DNA from: the human T2T-CHM13v2.0 reference genome, Homo sapiens
Assembly: GCF_009914755.1 (NCBI RefSeq)
Contig: NC_060941.1
Direction: 5' to 3' (one strand)
DNA: 64,000 bases
In this document: piece by piece, positions 24,324-38,300 of the stretch
Layout of the letters: every line of letters begins with the position of its first letter
Numbering within the stretch: position 1 is the first letter of the stretch
Notes under the pieces: generated by a model
What the model was told of the DNA's origin: nothing
The model's input: only the letters and a program-made list of their open reading frames with translations
Databases searched by the model: none
Translations under genes and position numbers: made by a program

Positions 24324-26000
24324 TACGTGAAGATATGCCTTAGCCCCAGATCACAAAAATAGCAACACTTTTTCTATCCTGGCAATTATAAATGTTTTGA
24401 GTCTGGCCCAAAGTTGAAGTAGAAAGAAATTGATGGTAAAGAGATACTTTCTTTGCAATTTGGTAATTTGTGAATGGAAGGCAGAAAGGAATTAGGAGAT
24501 CTGTGCCTTCATTAAAAAAGACTCCACAAATACCACCCTTACTCATATCTAGGATTCTACAGGAGACAAAAATTCATTATCAAAATACCAAGTCTTTTTG
24601 AGTGTGCAGCAGTCATTCAGCAAAACATTTTCTGGGTGCCTTGTTGTCACTCAATTTGAGCACCAGCACCTCTTGGAAATGCTTTCTGATCTCCCATTGG
24701 CTGAGAGCCCTTCTCTTGCTTCTGTGACAGCTTCTCTATACAACAACTTTGTAATCATCAACTATCTTCCTATGTCCCTGGTTAGGATTATGAGCCTCCC
24801 AGTGTAGGGAACATGCTTTGTTCAAAGGTGCTCAATAGATAGTTGTTGAATAACACTGAAGGCTTTATGTTATAAAGAACTATATAAATAGAATGGGAAA
24901 ATCCCCATACACAATAGCAACCCCAATGCAAAATCCCTAACAAAATAGAGGTGACCTGTGTAATAAAGACCTATTGAAAATTCTAATCCAGACTTTGAGA
25001 TTTCACAGATCAGTAAAATTTCCAAAATACATTTCATCAACTTATGCATTTAGAAACAAGAAAAAAATATATCTAACATAGTTTTTTTGTAAAACGCCAT
25101 TTCAACTCTGAGTAGTGGGGGAGGGAATCACAGGATAAAGTACAGTTCTTTAAAAGAAATTAGTTTTGCTTTATAAAAGTCACTATGTTGTCCTCAGTTT
25201 TCTCTCATTGCTGCTTATTTTTCTCCACACAGCACTGCTCAGCACGCAGGCATGTGAGGAAGCTGGGCTTAAAGGAGACTCCAGCAAATGGAGAGACAGA
25301 CCACAGTCCTGGGTTGGAAAGCTGAATATCGTTGAATGCCAGATCTTCCCAAATAAATGAACTGGCTTAATACAATTCTGATCAAGATGCCAACAAGAAG
25401 AGAGTGTATCCAGACAAAATGATCTTTGGAAAATATTCTTCACCTTGTGGAATAAACAGGAAAGCATGGCTAACAACGGGTTGTCGAAAACTTCCTTATT
25501 AGGTAGTAAAACAAATTTTTAAATGCTTAAATACTAATGGTAATTAGAGTAAATATAAAGTGGAACAGGCTAGAAGGTCCAGATTATGCTTTGATTTTTT
25601 TATTTAAAAAGACAAGCATGAGTAACTCCCAAAGTGTATTGGCTTCAAAGCCACAAAAGCTTATTTCTCACCTCTGCTACATGTCCATCACCCGTTATCA
25701 GGAGGCTCTGCTCACCCTGATGTCTTGGGACTCCAGAGTGAGTGATCAGCCATCTCTGATCACTCACTCATTTGATCTACAAATGGCTAGCCATCATGCC
25801 AGAGGGAAGGAGCTCAGGCTGTAATGTCCAGCCGCTGTGATGATGGAAATGTTCTGCTGGAAGCTGAAACAGAGGGGTCCCATTTTCATTTGTCACATTA
25901 GCAAAGACGTACTTAACTAATATTGGTGCCAGTCCAGAATGTGGTGCAATGAGTTCTTCCTGCACTTGGCCTCATCTTTCTGTATTACCAGTTCCATATC

Positions 26001-26145
26001 TGCACTGTCCAGGACAGTGGCCACTAGCCACATGTGGCCATTGAACACTTGAAATGTGGTTAGTGAGAATGGGAAACTAAACTTTTATATTAAATAAATG
26101 TAAATAGTTACATGTGGCTACTGGCTGCTAGATTGGACAGAGCAG
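26001..26145. mobile_element. MER3/MER33-like hAT MITE
   Basis: gcactgtcca...gccactagccacatgtggc...acatgtggctactggc...ttggacagagcag, an internally palindromic structure. Confidence 0.7.
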
Positions 26146-26364
26146 CATCTGGAAGCTCTTGCATCAGCAATTAAAGGCTTGAGGACAGATACACAGTCAC
26201 TTTTCACAGTCATTGCCAGAACTTGACACACAGCTTCACAAAGTCACAAGGGTCAAAAATCACTATCTTCCTCTGTTCAAAAGGGAAAGAGCTGGAAACA
26301 TTGGCCAAGAACATTAATGACTCCTACAATAGGGAAGGACTTTGTAAGCTTAAAAGCAGTGTAA

Positions 26365-26698
<334 letters not shown>

Positions 26699-26699
26699 C

Positions 26700-27060
26700 T
26701 AACATTAAAATGTCCCCATGTCCAAAAAAATCACACACAAAATTAAAAGGCCAACCAATAGGGAATTATAAAGAGTTCATAAAAACTCATCTAAAGAAAA
26801 AACCTAAGCAGAAAGAAAAATGGGCAAAGAACATGAATGGCCAATCCACAGAAATATTGTACCAACTCCTGTTTATGATGGAAAAGGTCATCACACTCAT
26901 TAGTAAACAAAAAGAAATACAAACTGAAACAATGGGATACCTGATACATATTTTCACTTGTCACATTAGCAAAGACACTTAACTAATACTTGGTGCAGGT
27001 CAAGAATGTGGTGCGATGAGTTCTTCCTGCAGGTGGCCTCATCTCTCTGTATTACCAGCC
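26700..27060 (+). mobile_element. Old L1 (L1M) ORF2 3' fragment
   Basis: aaaaatgggcaaagaacatgaa...aaagaaatacaaactgaaacaa resembles the end of L1 ORF2. Confidence 0.55.
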
Positions 27061-27077
27061 TTAAAAATGTCCATACT

Positions 27078-27400
<323 letters not shown>

Positions 27401-28117
27401 CTAGTAATTATCTAGGAATCTATTCTGGAGAAACAAATGGTAAAAGAGTGAAGACTTTCATCAAAGTATTATAATATCAGAAAACCTGAAGACAACCAAA
27501 ATATTGGTTAAATTATCTACATTCATCCAGCACTTTCTGGAAGCTGACCACTTCCTTATGCAGCCTTTAAAAATGGCCTAATAATATTTAAATTTTGGGA
27601 GGGAACTTCCAATAAAATCAAGAGTTTTAAAACCACATAAGAGGGCTAATTCCCAATTATGTAAATACAAATATATGTGTATAGTTTTTGCATAGGATAA
27701 AGAAAAGGAAATGTATTGAATGTTAACAATATGTATGGCTCACTTACTCCTTTTTGTGTCTATCTTCTAAGCATTTTACAATGATTATTGCTTTGAAAAC
27801 AAAAAGGGTTTTAAGAGATGAGGATAATGCTTACTTTTAATTGTACTAAAAAGGATGTTTATGATAGCAGAGTTTAGGTATTACATTAACTACCACCTCT
27901 TGGATGTTTTTACCTTTATCTTTTTCCTTTTATCAAAAGGTAGCTCTTTACTAATTCGGATTACAGGGAGCTGGGTTTGTTTTCCTTCCTTAGGGGAGTA
28001 TCAGCATAACTAGTTTAGAGTGGTGCAGGTGAACTGCTGTCAACTCCGTAGGCCAACCCTAAACCTTCACTGTTATTTTATAACTTCTACTCAACAGCTT
28101 GCAACCTTTCAAGGTTA

Positions 28118-28768
<651 letters not shown>

Positions 28769-30621
28769 AAATACATGGTGAAGGATGTGCACATTTAACT
28801 ATAATTCAGTCATTTTCCTCACCTCTTTTGGCTTCCAGGCACCTGTTCCCGCTCCTCCTATGGCTCTGACAGCACTTCCTTCACCTGCCTCTTAACTCTC
28901 GGCTCTTGACCCTGTGTCTGTTTTCCTAATCTTGGAATGATCCCATCATCCCTGAGAAGACATCTGGGCGCCCTGGCCAGGGGAGACAGCTGATGGGCAG
29001 AGCATCCCTGTGTGTGCATCACGAACACACTGTAGAGTGCAAAGTTCTGTGAGGGCAGAGCAGTAAGGGCAGCTGACTCAGGGAAGGCTTCTTGGAGGGG
29101 GTGGCATTTGAAGGATGGCAGTGGGGGTGGTGGAGGGAGGACAATCCAGGCAGAGGGAACAGCATATGCAAGGCAAGCCAGGCATTTCACTGATCAATTC
29201 CATGTTGAGTCACTGTCTTGGAGTCTATGCCACACAATGCCTGGGATATAGTAAGTGCTCAATAAATGTAAACTGAGTATAGTAGATGATGTTACTGCCC
29301 AGCCATGTTTTACAGAATGGAGAGCATCAGGCTGTAAAGGGCCTTCCTGCTTGCCGCTCACCCTGAGGATTGAGTTTTTCTTTTAGGCAGAAGTGGGCAG
29401 TAGAGAAGGCTCAAAGCCAGGGAATGTGAGTGGATTTGACTCACCAAGGACACTGCTTCCTAAGCCAGGAGGGAAATATTGGTGCCCTGCCTGGAAGTTA
29501 GTTTCAGGGGCCATTTCTGCAGCTGACAGAAGGATCTGGAGCCCAGTTGGGTAGAATAAGTTAGGTTTTGGCATTTCTTCTTAGAATCCCGGAAGGAATT
29601 TTAGCAATCAGCCGGTCCTGCTTCTAAGGGTCAGAGAAGATCCTGGATACCCCTCACATCAACAGCTCATGCAGCAGAGGAAAGATGAGGTCTCAAGGTG
29701 CCCCCCTGCACCCCAAGTGTGCCCTAGTCCAGCCAGGGTCCTCAGCACTCCACAGGCAGGGCTGGCTGTGTCTCCAAGCAGGGGCCTCTCTGCTTTTGCT
29801 CACAGAAACATATTCTGGGATCAGTGAAGAAGGAAAATAAGTTCACGGCACCTTCTTCCCCTTCAAAGTGATAATTATTCATGGGTTTAAAAAAACCCAG
29901 CAGGTTGTGAACAGGAAGTAACTGAATCCTGCCCCATTTCCAGACAACATGGACAATGAAGTCAAGGCTCACAGATGAAAATACAGAAATGTTCCCCCTT
30001 TTAGACTGGTTCTAAACTGCTCCATACTGACACACATAATCACCACCCAGGTGCCAGGTACTGTGCCAAGCGCTGGGCGAGGCATGACGCAATCTTTTTT
30101 AAATTAAAAGCCTGAAGGACCTCTACAAGGTAGAAAAACTGAAGCTTAGAGAAATTAACCTGACCAGAGTCATGGGGCTAAAAGAGCAACAGATGTTGGT
30201 GCCCAGCTCAGCTGTTTTGAATTCCAAAGCCTGGCTCTTCATAATCTTTGATAACTTCCACATGATATTCATCCCATCTGTATTCATTTCTCATGGCTGC
30301 TGTGCTAGCTCCCACAAACTTGGTGGCTTAAAACACCAGAAATTTATTCTGTAACAGTTCTGGAGGCCAGAAGGCCAAAATCCAGGCATCAGCAGGGCTG
30401 TGGGCCCTTCAGAGGCTCTGGGAGGGATTCTGCTCCTTGCCTCTTCTGATGGCTGCTGTTGCTCCTTGGCTTATGGCTGCACCACTCCAATCTCTGCCTC
30501 TGTGGTCACATTACCCTCTCTTTATGTGTCAAATCTGCCTCTGATCCATCCTATAGATATGTGTGATTGCATTAAGGGTCCACCTAGCTAACCCAGAATA
30601 ACCCCCCTGTCTCCAGATCCT

Positions 30622-30951
30622 GTTGTTTTTTTTGTTGTTAGTTTTTTTTTTGTTTTTTTTTTTTTTGGAGGCAGGGTCTCACTCTTGTCACCCAGGCTGG
30701 ACTGTAGTGGCATGATCTGGGCTCACGGCAACCTCCACCTCCTTGGCTCAAGCCATCCTCCTGCCTCAGCCTCCTGAGTAGTTGAGACTACAGATACATG
30801 CCACGATGCCCAACTAATTTTTGTATTTTTTAGTAGAGACAGGATTTCATCACATTGCCTAGGCTGGTCTCGAATTACTGGACTGAAGCAATCTGCCTGC
30901 CTCAGCCTCCCAAAGTGCTAGGATTACAGGCGTGAGCCACCACGCCCAGCC
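30622..30951 (-). mobile_element. Alu inserted in MLT1
   Basis: Antisense Alu; TSD tccagatcct at 30612-30621 and 30952-30961. Confidence 0.9.
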
Positions 30952-31008
30952 TCCAGATCCTTAATTACATCTGCAAAGACCCTTTTTCTAATGAGGTAAC
31001 ATTTACAG

Positions 31009-31316
31009 CAGGGGTCCCAACGCCCAGACTGCAGACCATTACCAGTTCATGGCCTGTTAGGAACCACAGCAGGAGGTGAGCGCCGGGTGAGTGGGCATTA
31101 CCGCCTGAGCTCCACCTTCCGTCAGATCAGTGGCATTAGATTCTCATAGAAGCGGGAACCCTATTGTGAATGGCGCAGGAGGGGGATCTAGGTTGCGCAC
31201 CCCTTATGAGAATCTGAAGCCTGATGATCTAAGTTGGAACAGTTTCATCCCAAGACCCTCTTCCCCCGACTTGTATGAAACCAGTCCCTGGTGCCAAAAA
31301 AGGTTGGGGACCACTG
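31009..31316. mobile_element. MER1-type hAT (Charlie) element
   Basis: TIRs CAGGGGTCCCAAC / GTTGGGGACCACTG; 8-bp TSD ATTTACAG (31001-31008) / ATGTACAG (31317-31324). Confidence 0.85.
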
Positions 31317-32910
31317 ATGTACAGGGATTGGAATATAGATATCATTTAAGGGGGCATTTTTCAGCCTACCATGCCATATTTGTCCATTCCTTAATTTATT
31401 CCTACACAGACCCTAACTATGTGTATGGGCATTATTTAGGAGCTACAGAAATCAGGAGAGAAATAGACACAGTCCCTGCTCCCAGGGACCTCATGGTCAC
31501 TCCTGTGACCTTTCATACAGTTTCCCAGATAATCCGGTGATAGACAATAGGAGTAAGATGGTAAGGATAGTCACAAGGACAATAGCTGTCACTAACCAGC
31601 AGCACTGTTCTGACACTTACAATGTATGTATTAACTTACTGACTCTCACCACAGCCTTATCCATACCTGTAAGTGGGCTGCAGTCTGTACTTTTCACTTC
31701 TCTGCAGGAGCACATGGGAGAGGTGGTCAAGGTGGGCAAGGAGCGGGGTGGTCATGAAAGGCTTCCGGTAGGAAGTGCCACTTCCACAACACAAGGACAG
31801 GAATTAGAGAAAGTGGAATTGGGTGGGGGTAGGATTGAGGCCTCCCACCCACTAAGCAAAGGGAGGCAGGAGGGAGCCTGGATGCTCCCAGACTAGGGTT
31901 AAGGAGAGGCAGGAGAGTATGAAGACACTGCACAATGCCAGCTCAGGCAATGGTGGCCATTGAGTTTTCAGCAGGGGAGGGACCTGATCAAACTTGTTTC
32001 TTCCTAGAGAAGGGGCCGGAGTCCCAACTGTCCCTTCCATGTATATTTCCCAGTATATTTCCAGCCTGCCCAGGCTGCTGCAGCTGTTGGAAATCCCCTG
32101 GAGAATCAGAGGTCACCTGGAGGAAGCGGAGGACAGAAAGGAGGCTCCGCGCCTTCCCGCCCTATCCATGGGGACCTCTTGCTTTCCTGGAGCAACCCCC
32201 TTCACCCTGCAGCCGGCCCTGACATGGGTATTCTCTTGCTGCTTCTGCTCGGGGCTGCACTCTGAGCTCTTGGATCAGGGTTTTGGGAGCCCTAGTGGTC
32301 CCAGGTCCACTTCCAAGGACCCAAGGACTCCATAAATTGCACCATCTCTGAGGGACCTTTGGGTAGGCACTCAGCCATTTCTGCAGGCCCTCTTGGGCTC
32401 CTAGAGCCTGGCACCTCAGTGTAGATCACACTGGGCCATGACTGCCCCCATCAAGTTCAGCAAGTGGCTGCACCCCTTTCACTGTCTCCCTAGCATACCC
32501 AACACAACGTAGGTGCTCAACAAAAACGTGACAACCCCAGAAAGAATGCCTGTGACGTGCTTTGCTGGCCCCAGCAGCACAGCGGTGAGCAAGAGACCCA
32601 GTGCCACTGGTGGGGGAGGCAGGTGTCCTTCAAACCATCGCCCACCAGAGACAAAACTGCAGAGACCTGGGCAAGGAGAGTGCGGTCAGGGAAAGCTCTC
32701 CTGGGGGATTTTTGAATTTGTGATGATCCTGTCTTTGACAAGAACTGGCTAATCTGGTTGCGGGATTCTGTCTTGGTTCACTTGGGATTTGTTCATGCTC
32801 AGGTCTGAGGTCCCCGCCTCTGCCAGCTGAAGTGGGTGAGTCTTCCAGCTCCCCTGTCCCCAGTTAGGGGGCATTCAATGCCAGGCTGAGCGCGGAGAGC
32901 CATTTCTGCA

Positions 32911-32930
32911 GCCCCCACCAGGGGGCAGCC
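32911..32930 (+). promoter_or_regulatory. CTCF consensus core motif
   Basis: CCACCAGGGGGCAGC at 32915-32929 matches the CTCF core CCASYAGRKGGCRS without mismatch. Confidence 0.65.
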
Positions 32931-35142
32931 CCAGCTCCTGGCCATCTCCTTTCTGTGCTGAGCCCCTTGGGTGAGAGAAAATGGCACGAGCTGACCTTGG
33001 ACGAACTAATATCGGGGTCCCAGGGGCAGGCAGCAGCCCCCAGCTTCCACTCCCTACCTCCTTGCCAGGGGGCTGGCTGGATCTCCAGCAGCCAGTCTCT
33101 CCCTGCCAGCTGCTTGTCCTTATTCTCCACTTCCACCTCCATTTTGCAGGGTAGGTCGGGGGAAAGCAGCATTGCTTAGATTCGCTCTCATCTTCAGTTG
33201 CCCTAAAAGGAAGGTACTATTATCCTCACGGTACAGGCGAGGAAACCGGCTAAAATATGCTAGTATCCTGCTGAGCGGCATCCAGCTAGCAGAGACGCTC
33301 CTACTCAGCCGAATACCCCTACTCCACTCCCACGGCCTCCCCTTTCCCGCTTTCTCACATTTCGGACTCCTCAATCCTCAGAACCACAGGTCTCTCTTCC
33401 CAAGAGGTGTTGCCTTTCGTGGCTCTCAGACGAACTGAAGGGTCAAAGGAGAGTAGCTAAAAGCCAGGTTCATCCCAGGAGCCGGGGCTGGAAAGAAGAG
33501 GTCCCCGCCCACTGTCAGAAGGCAAATGGCAGTCCCTGCGCAGGATATATTCAGGGTTGAGCAGGAAGACCACAGAGGTACAAACCGAGGCCCAGCTAGG
33601 GGAGGCCATGCAGTTCACCCCGTACTCCCTGTCTGCGCCACTACGTTGCTCCCGGCTCCTCACATAATGGGCGGGCCCATCCCCTCTGGGTGGGGCTTCC
33701 TCTGGGCCCACTCTTGCCTGGAGATCAGGGACTTGAAGGTAATTAAGACATATCTTGCCCTGGAGGGCTTCCCAGCATGGTAGGGGAAATGGGCATCCCA
33801 CTAGAGAATTAAGAATTAACTGGGCACCTGGAAGAAGGGCTTAGAACTCAGAATAGAAGATAAGATGGCGTGCCATCAGAGAAGCCTTCCCGGAGGAGGA
33901 AACCTCTGTGCTGAGCATGACAGCATAGGTGGGAGTAGACTCAGCCAAGGCCTTTTTTTGGGTTGGGGCCAGTCGTTGCCACAAAGACCTGATGTGCCGA
34001 GCAAGAAGGTGGAGAGAAGAGCCCGGCCGGGTCCTGCAGGGCCCCGAGGCTGGGCTGGGAAGTTAGCACAAGCTGGGGTGGAGGCTCCGCTGAGCACTAA
34101 TGGGAGGAGGCCAGGGTCCTGACCTAGAGCCTGCGGCCAGCGGGACAGAGATTCTGTCCTGGATTCTCTGAGCTTGGGGCATGCGGGCTGCCAGGGAGGT
34201 GTAATGGTGGGAACCCGGGGAAAGGGAGGAAGCCTCTTCCAGGCGTGGGGCAGCCTTGGGCCCTGAACAGGCAGGCCTCTGGAAGCGCCTCGCTTTTCCT
34301 CCCTCCGGCCTCATCCTGGTTTTCTCCTCATCTCCCCGTCGCAGGGTCCCGGGTCCAGGCTGGGGTTCAGTTGCCTGCTCCTCCTCTCTGTGCCCTCCCC
34401 CGCCCGATGGCCCCACAAGTGCTGTCTTGCAGGAGAGCGCCGGGAGACCGCAGGGCGGAGGTGAAGAACGGAGTCCAGAGCCCTCCAGAGATGGCAGCGA
34501 ATCCCGGCCCTGCCTCTTGCCAGCTGTGTGGCCTAGAGTGAGTCCGACCTCTCTGGGCCTCAGCTTCCTCCGGGATGAATGCAGTCACGGAACGCGCCAA
34601 TGCAGGAGGCCCCCAGGACATCCTGAGCGCTCGGGAGACGCCAGGCGCGGCAGCGGGCACGGGTAGCGGAAAGGGGCGCGACCCCGCGGAATCCTCCGGC
34701 AGGGCAGGGCCTTTGGGTGGCTCCGGGTGTCCAGAGGAAGGGGTGGGCTCGGGGACGCGGAGGGAAACTGGGGACGCGGAGGGAAACTGAGGTCGCGGAG
34801 GACGCGGCCGTTGGCAGCTCGCTGCGCCTGCCGGCCCCGCGTGGGCCGCCCCACTCGGGAGGACGCGGGCTCCTTTTGTCTGCAGCGTCCCCGCCGCCGC
34901 CGCCCCCGCCGCCTCCCCCTCTCCCTCCCATTTTCGCCGCGGCCCCCGCCCCTCCCCTCCCCGCCCCCTATTGCCCCTCCTCCTTCCCCTCCCCACTCTT
35001 CTCCTTCCCTCCCCTCCCCTCCCTTCCCCTCCGGAGCGGCTGGGGCTGCGGCGCCGCTGCTGACACGGATCGGCCGCGGCCGCCACCGGGCGGAGGCTGC
35101 GCGGCGCAGACCCAGACGGGCGGCCCCGGAGGGCGCGCGGCG

Positions 35143-35193
35143 ATGGCGGCGGCGGGCAGGCGGCGGGCGCGGCGGGCGAGGGGTCCGGGCTGA
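35143..35193 (+). other. Upstream ORF in the RAB11FIP4 5' leader (MAAAGRRRARRARGPG*)
   Basis: gcggcgATGG (-3 G, +4 G), 16 codons, TGA at 35191-35193, 17 nt before the main ATG. Requires the TSS to lie upstream of 35143. Confidence 0.6.
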
Positions 35194-35210
35194 GCTGCGG
35201 GCCGGCCCGG

Positions 35211-35369
35211 ATGGCGGGCGGCGCGGGCTGGTCGGGCGCCCCCGCGGCTCTGCTGCGCTCCGTGCGCCGCCTGCGCGAGGTGTTCGAGGTGTGCGGCCGC
35301 GACCCCGACGGCTTCCTGCGCGTGGAGCGCGTCGCGGCGCTCGGACTGCGCTTCGGCCAGGGCGAGGAG
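35211..35369 (+). CDS. RAB11FIP4: Rab11 family-interacting protein 4, first coding exon (53 codons, EF-hand-like N-terminus)
   Basis: MAGGAGWSGAPAALLRSVRRLREVFEVCGRDPDGFLRVERVAALGLRFGQGEE followed by GAG|gtaagc donor. Recognised N-terminus of the known downstream neighbour of NF1. No second coding exon found in the window. Confidence 0.93.
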
Positions 35370-38300
35370 GTAAGCTGGCCCGACCCCAGTCCCGGCCCGG
35401 GGACCCCAGCCCAGCCCCGCCGCCCCTCCCCCAGCTCCCCCGCCGGGTCACCCGCGTGGCCCGAGGCGGTGGCCTCCCTCCCAATCCCCTCCCTCCGCCG
35501 GAGCCCAGGACCTCGGCCCCCCCCGGGTATCCCTGGCCCAGCCGGGCCCTCGCTTTCCGCCCCCCGGCGCCCGTGCCCCGAGCGTCACGCGTCACGCCTA
35601 GGGTGGCTTCTGCGCCCACCTTCCTTCCTCGGCCATGCAGGTCCTTCTGAGCGGTCTGCACATCCACCCTTGTCTGGGGGAGAGAGCTGCCAGAATCCGG
35701 CCCTAGGCTCCCCACCCCACCCGGCGCTGCGGAGACCAAGATGCAAGGGTCTGTGTACGTCCTGCTGGGCCGGGCCAGGGGGTGAAAGGGACCGGTAGGG
35801 GTGCTCTGCAGCCTTGGCTCCTCGGCTGCACACACCCTGCCCAGACACGGAAGGAGGTGTCTGCTGGGGCCACCGTGTACTCCCGGGCCAGTGTCGGGTG
35901 ACCTCTCATTCAGGCTCTGCTGGGCAGCCAGGCTGGCAGCTGGCTGTGTTGGTTGCAGCAGGCCAGGCAAAGCCAGGCTCGGGGAGTGGTGGCTGAGCAG
36001 AGGGCTTTCATGTGGCGGGGCCGCATCTATTTGGGGAAAGCAGGACTTACGTAGATTGTTAACAGGGCTGGAAGCGGAGGGTCGGTGCCGCCAGTAGGGT
36101 GGACGGAGTCATATCACTAAACGCACACTACACCAGTGTCCTCTGGTGCCACCGGCATGGGGACTGGGGACTGTGTCTCAAGGGGAGGACAAGACACCCA
36201 CCTGGCTGAAATGGTCAGGGGTTTCCCCTGGAGCCAAAAGCCCTGAGAAGTGGGTTTCCAAGGCCATCTAAGGCCTCAGGCCCTGCATGGGGGGCCTGGG
36301 GCCATGGGCCTCAAATGGGCACTGGCTGGCATTGTGTTCCCAGAACAGGTCGGACCAGGCATTTCAGAACATGGGAGAAGCTGGGTGATGGCCAGGTTGG
36401 GCCCGTGCCTCTGCGTCACCAGAGAGTGGGAGGCGATTGAGAATCATCTCTCCACCCGCACCTGGGCATGGGCCGGGACCTGTGAGTCGCTGAGAGCTGT
36501 GGGCAGAAGAGAGTGAGGCAGCTTCAGGGCTTGAGAACTCAGGTACCCACCACAGGAAAGACCACTGCAGTGCCTGTGAGAGCCCAGACTGCCCTCTGCG
36601 GGGCTTTGCTGAGGGACACTGCCTGCTGCCACCATGACCCTTCTTCCCCAAAGGCCAGCCAAGCCCTTCCGTTTTTCCAGTGGCTCCCATCTGGGGCAGG
36701 CTGAGCAGACTCCTGGCATGGGGATAGTCGCGCTCCTTCCTCTCAGAACACAGACTGCAGGTCGGATAAAGAAGCTACCAGCTCTGGCTGAAACCTGGAG
36801 TCCCCGAACCCAGAGCCTCAGTAGTGGGAAGGGCCTCCCAACAACCTCTGGCAGGGGCCACCGGCCTCAGCCACGTGCCCAGCAAGCCTCACCCACTTCT
36901 CCCCCAGCTGGACAGTTCCTGCCATTAGAACCTTCTCCCTCATACACTCTAGAGACAGACCTGCTTGTCACTTAGTCATCACCGTTCTGCACGGGGACTC
37001 ACATAGGTCTCTCTTCTTTGGGGGAGCCTTTAAATATTTGAAAATAGCACTCCTGCCCCTTCTCTCCTTCCCAGCTCCATACTCCCATTTTCCCTTCTCC
37101 AGGCCAAATACCCCAGTTCCTGAAGCCCTAGGCCATTTCCATGTGACCCAGTAGCCAGACCTCTGGCTTCTGGCCTTGGAGCTGCCATCGACTAATTCTG
37201 TGATTCAGTTTTCCTAGCAATAACATGAAAGGGCTGGACAAGCAGACCGCCCCCCGCCGCCCCCACCAGGACTATATTAGCCCCAAGACCTCACACATAT
37301 GCACACAGCTTAGGGTGGGGCTGCCTCTGAATGGGGCACTGCACTCTGCTCATATTAAGTTTCTGGCCACCGAAACCTCCAGGGATCTGTTTTAGAAACC
37401 TCTGCCAAGCCAGGGATTCTCCACCCTTCGGGGAGGGTCAGTGATTTTTTTCTTTTAAAAGCATACTCTGAGATTACTACAGAAGCGGTGGATATGCATT
37501 GCAGAAAACTGGAAATAGGGACAAGCAAAATAAAAAGTATTGTGTCCTATCTCTCAGGCAGCGCCTCAATGACACTTCTGTCAGACCTTTCCAGAGCTGT
37601 TTCCATGCTTATATGTCAATTTTCTCCAGAAAATGAGATCATACTGTGCATACTGTTTTGTAACCTGATTTTTTTTGCCGGTAAATGATCATGACTTTTC
37701 TGCTTCAATAAATTTTCATCTGGTTTAATATGCAGACCTTTTTCAGATTTCCCTATTTGACCCCAAAATGTCCATTTTTGCTGTTTCCTCTCCAGGACTG
37801 TGCAGTGTATGTGGTTGTTGTCACCTTTTAGTCTCTCTTACTGTACACAATTCCTTTTTCTTTTCTTTTCTTTTCTTTTTTCTTTTAACAATCCTGGCTT
37901 GTGGAAGCATTCGGGCCTGTTGTCTGTCAGTAATTTCTGGAATCTAAGCCTGTTTCTTGGCCCTTATTCCCATTTAATTTCGTCTTGTTCATTTCATCAC
38001 ATTGTATCTGTCAAGAAAGAGAATCTAGCATCCTACCTCTATCACTCTCAGCTGTGCTGCTGCCTGCGGGCTGGAGAAGCAGTGCTTGGTGTGTCTGAAT
38101 CCACAAGGCTGGTTAAACATTGCAGGGCAGGACCATGGACAGGGCCCCGAGGCACTTGTAGGGGTGGTTTTCGGCTTATGCTGTATTGACCGAGACCCGT
38201 GGAAATATATTTTGCATCTCTACTCACTACCCATCTTATCCCCTGATGCATTAAAAAATCGGAGTGTTGTTTTCCAGCGGTGGGGTGGCGGGGGGCGGGG

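Larger units (their letters stand above)
30279..31371. mobile_element. MLT1 (MaLR) LTR interrupted by an Alu and a MER1 element
   Basis: cacaaacttggtggcttaaaacaccagaaatttattct...cagttctggaggccagaag and the end ggggcatttttcagcctacca are typical of MLT1. Confidence 0.75.
34400..35720. promoter_or_regulatory. CpG island / TATA-less promoter and 5'UTR of RAB11FIP4
   Basis: Very high GC and CpG density, GC boxes (CCGCCC) and CCG repeats around the first coding exon. Boundaries approximate. Confidence 0.9.

Noticed and set aside
35370-35798. Extension of the RAB11FIP4 ORF to 195 aa
   Set aside because: Read-through past the strong GAG|gtaagc donor into intron 1.
34367-35970. Long ORFs of 461 aa (-), 307 aa (+) and 239 aa (-) over the CpG island
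   Set aside because: Low-complexity Arg/Gly/Pro/Ala translations expected from stop-codon depletion in very GC-rich DNA; no recognisable domain.
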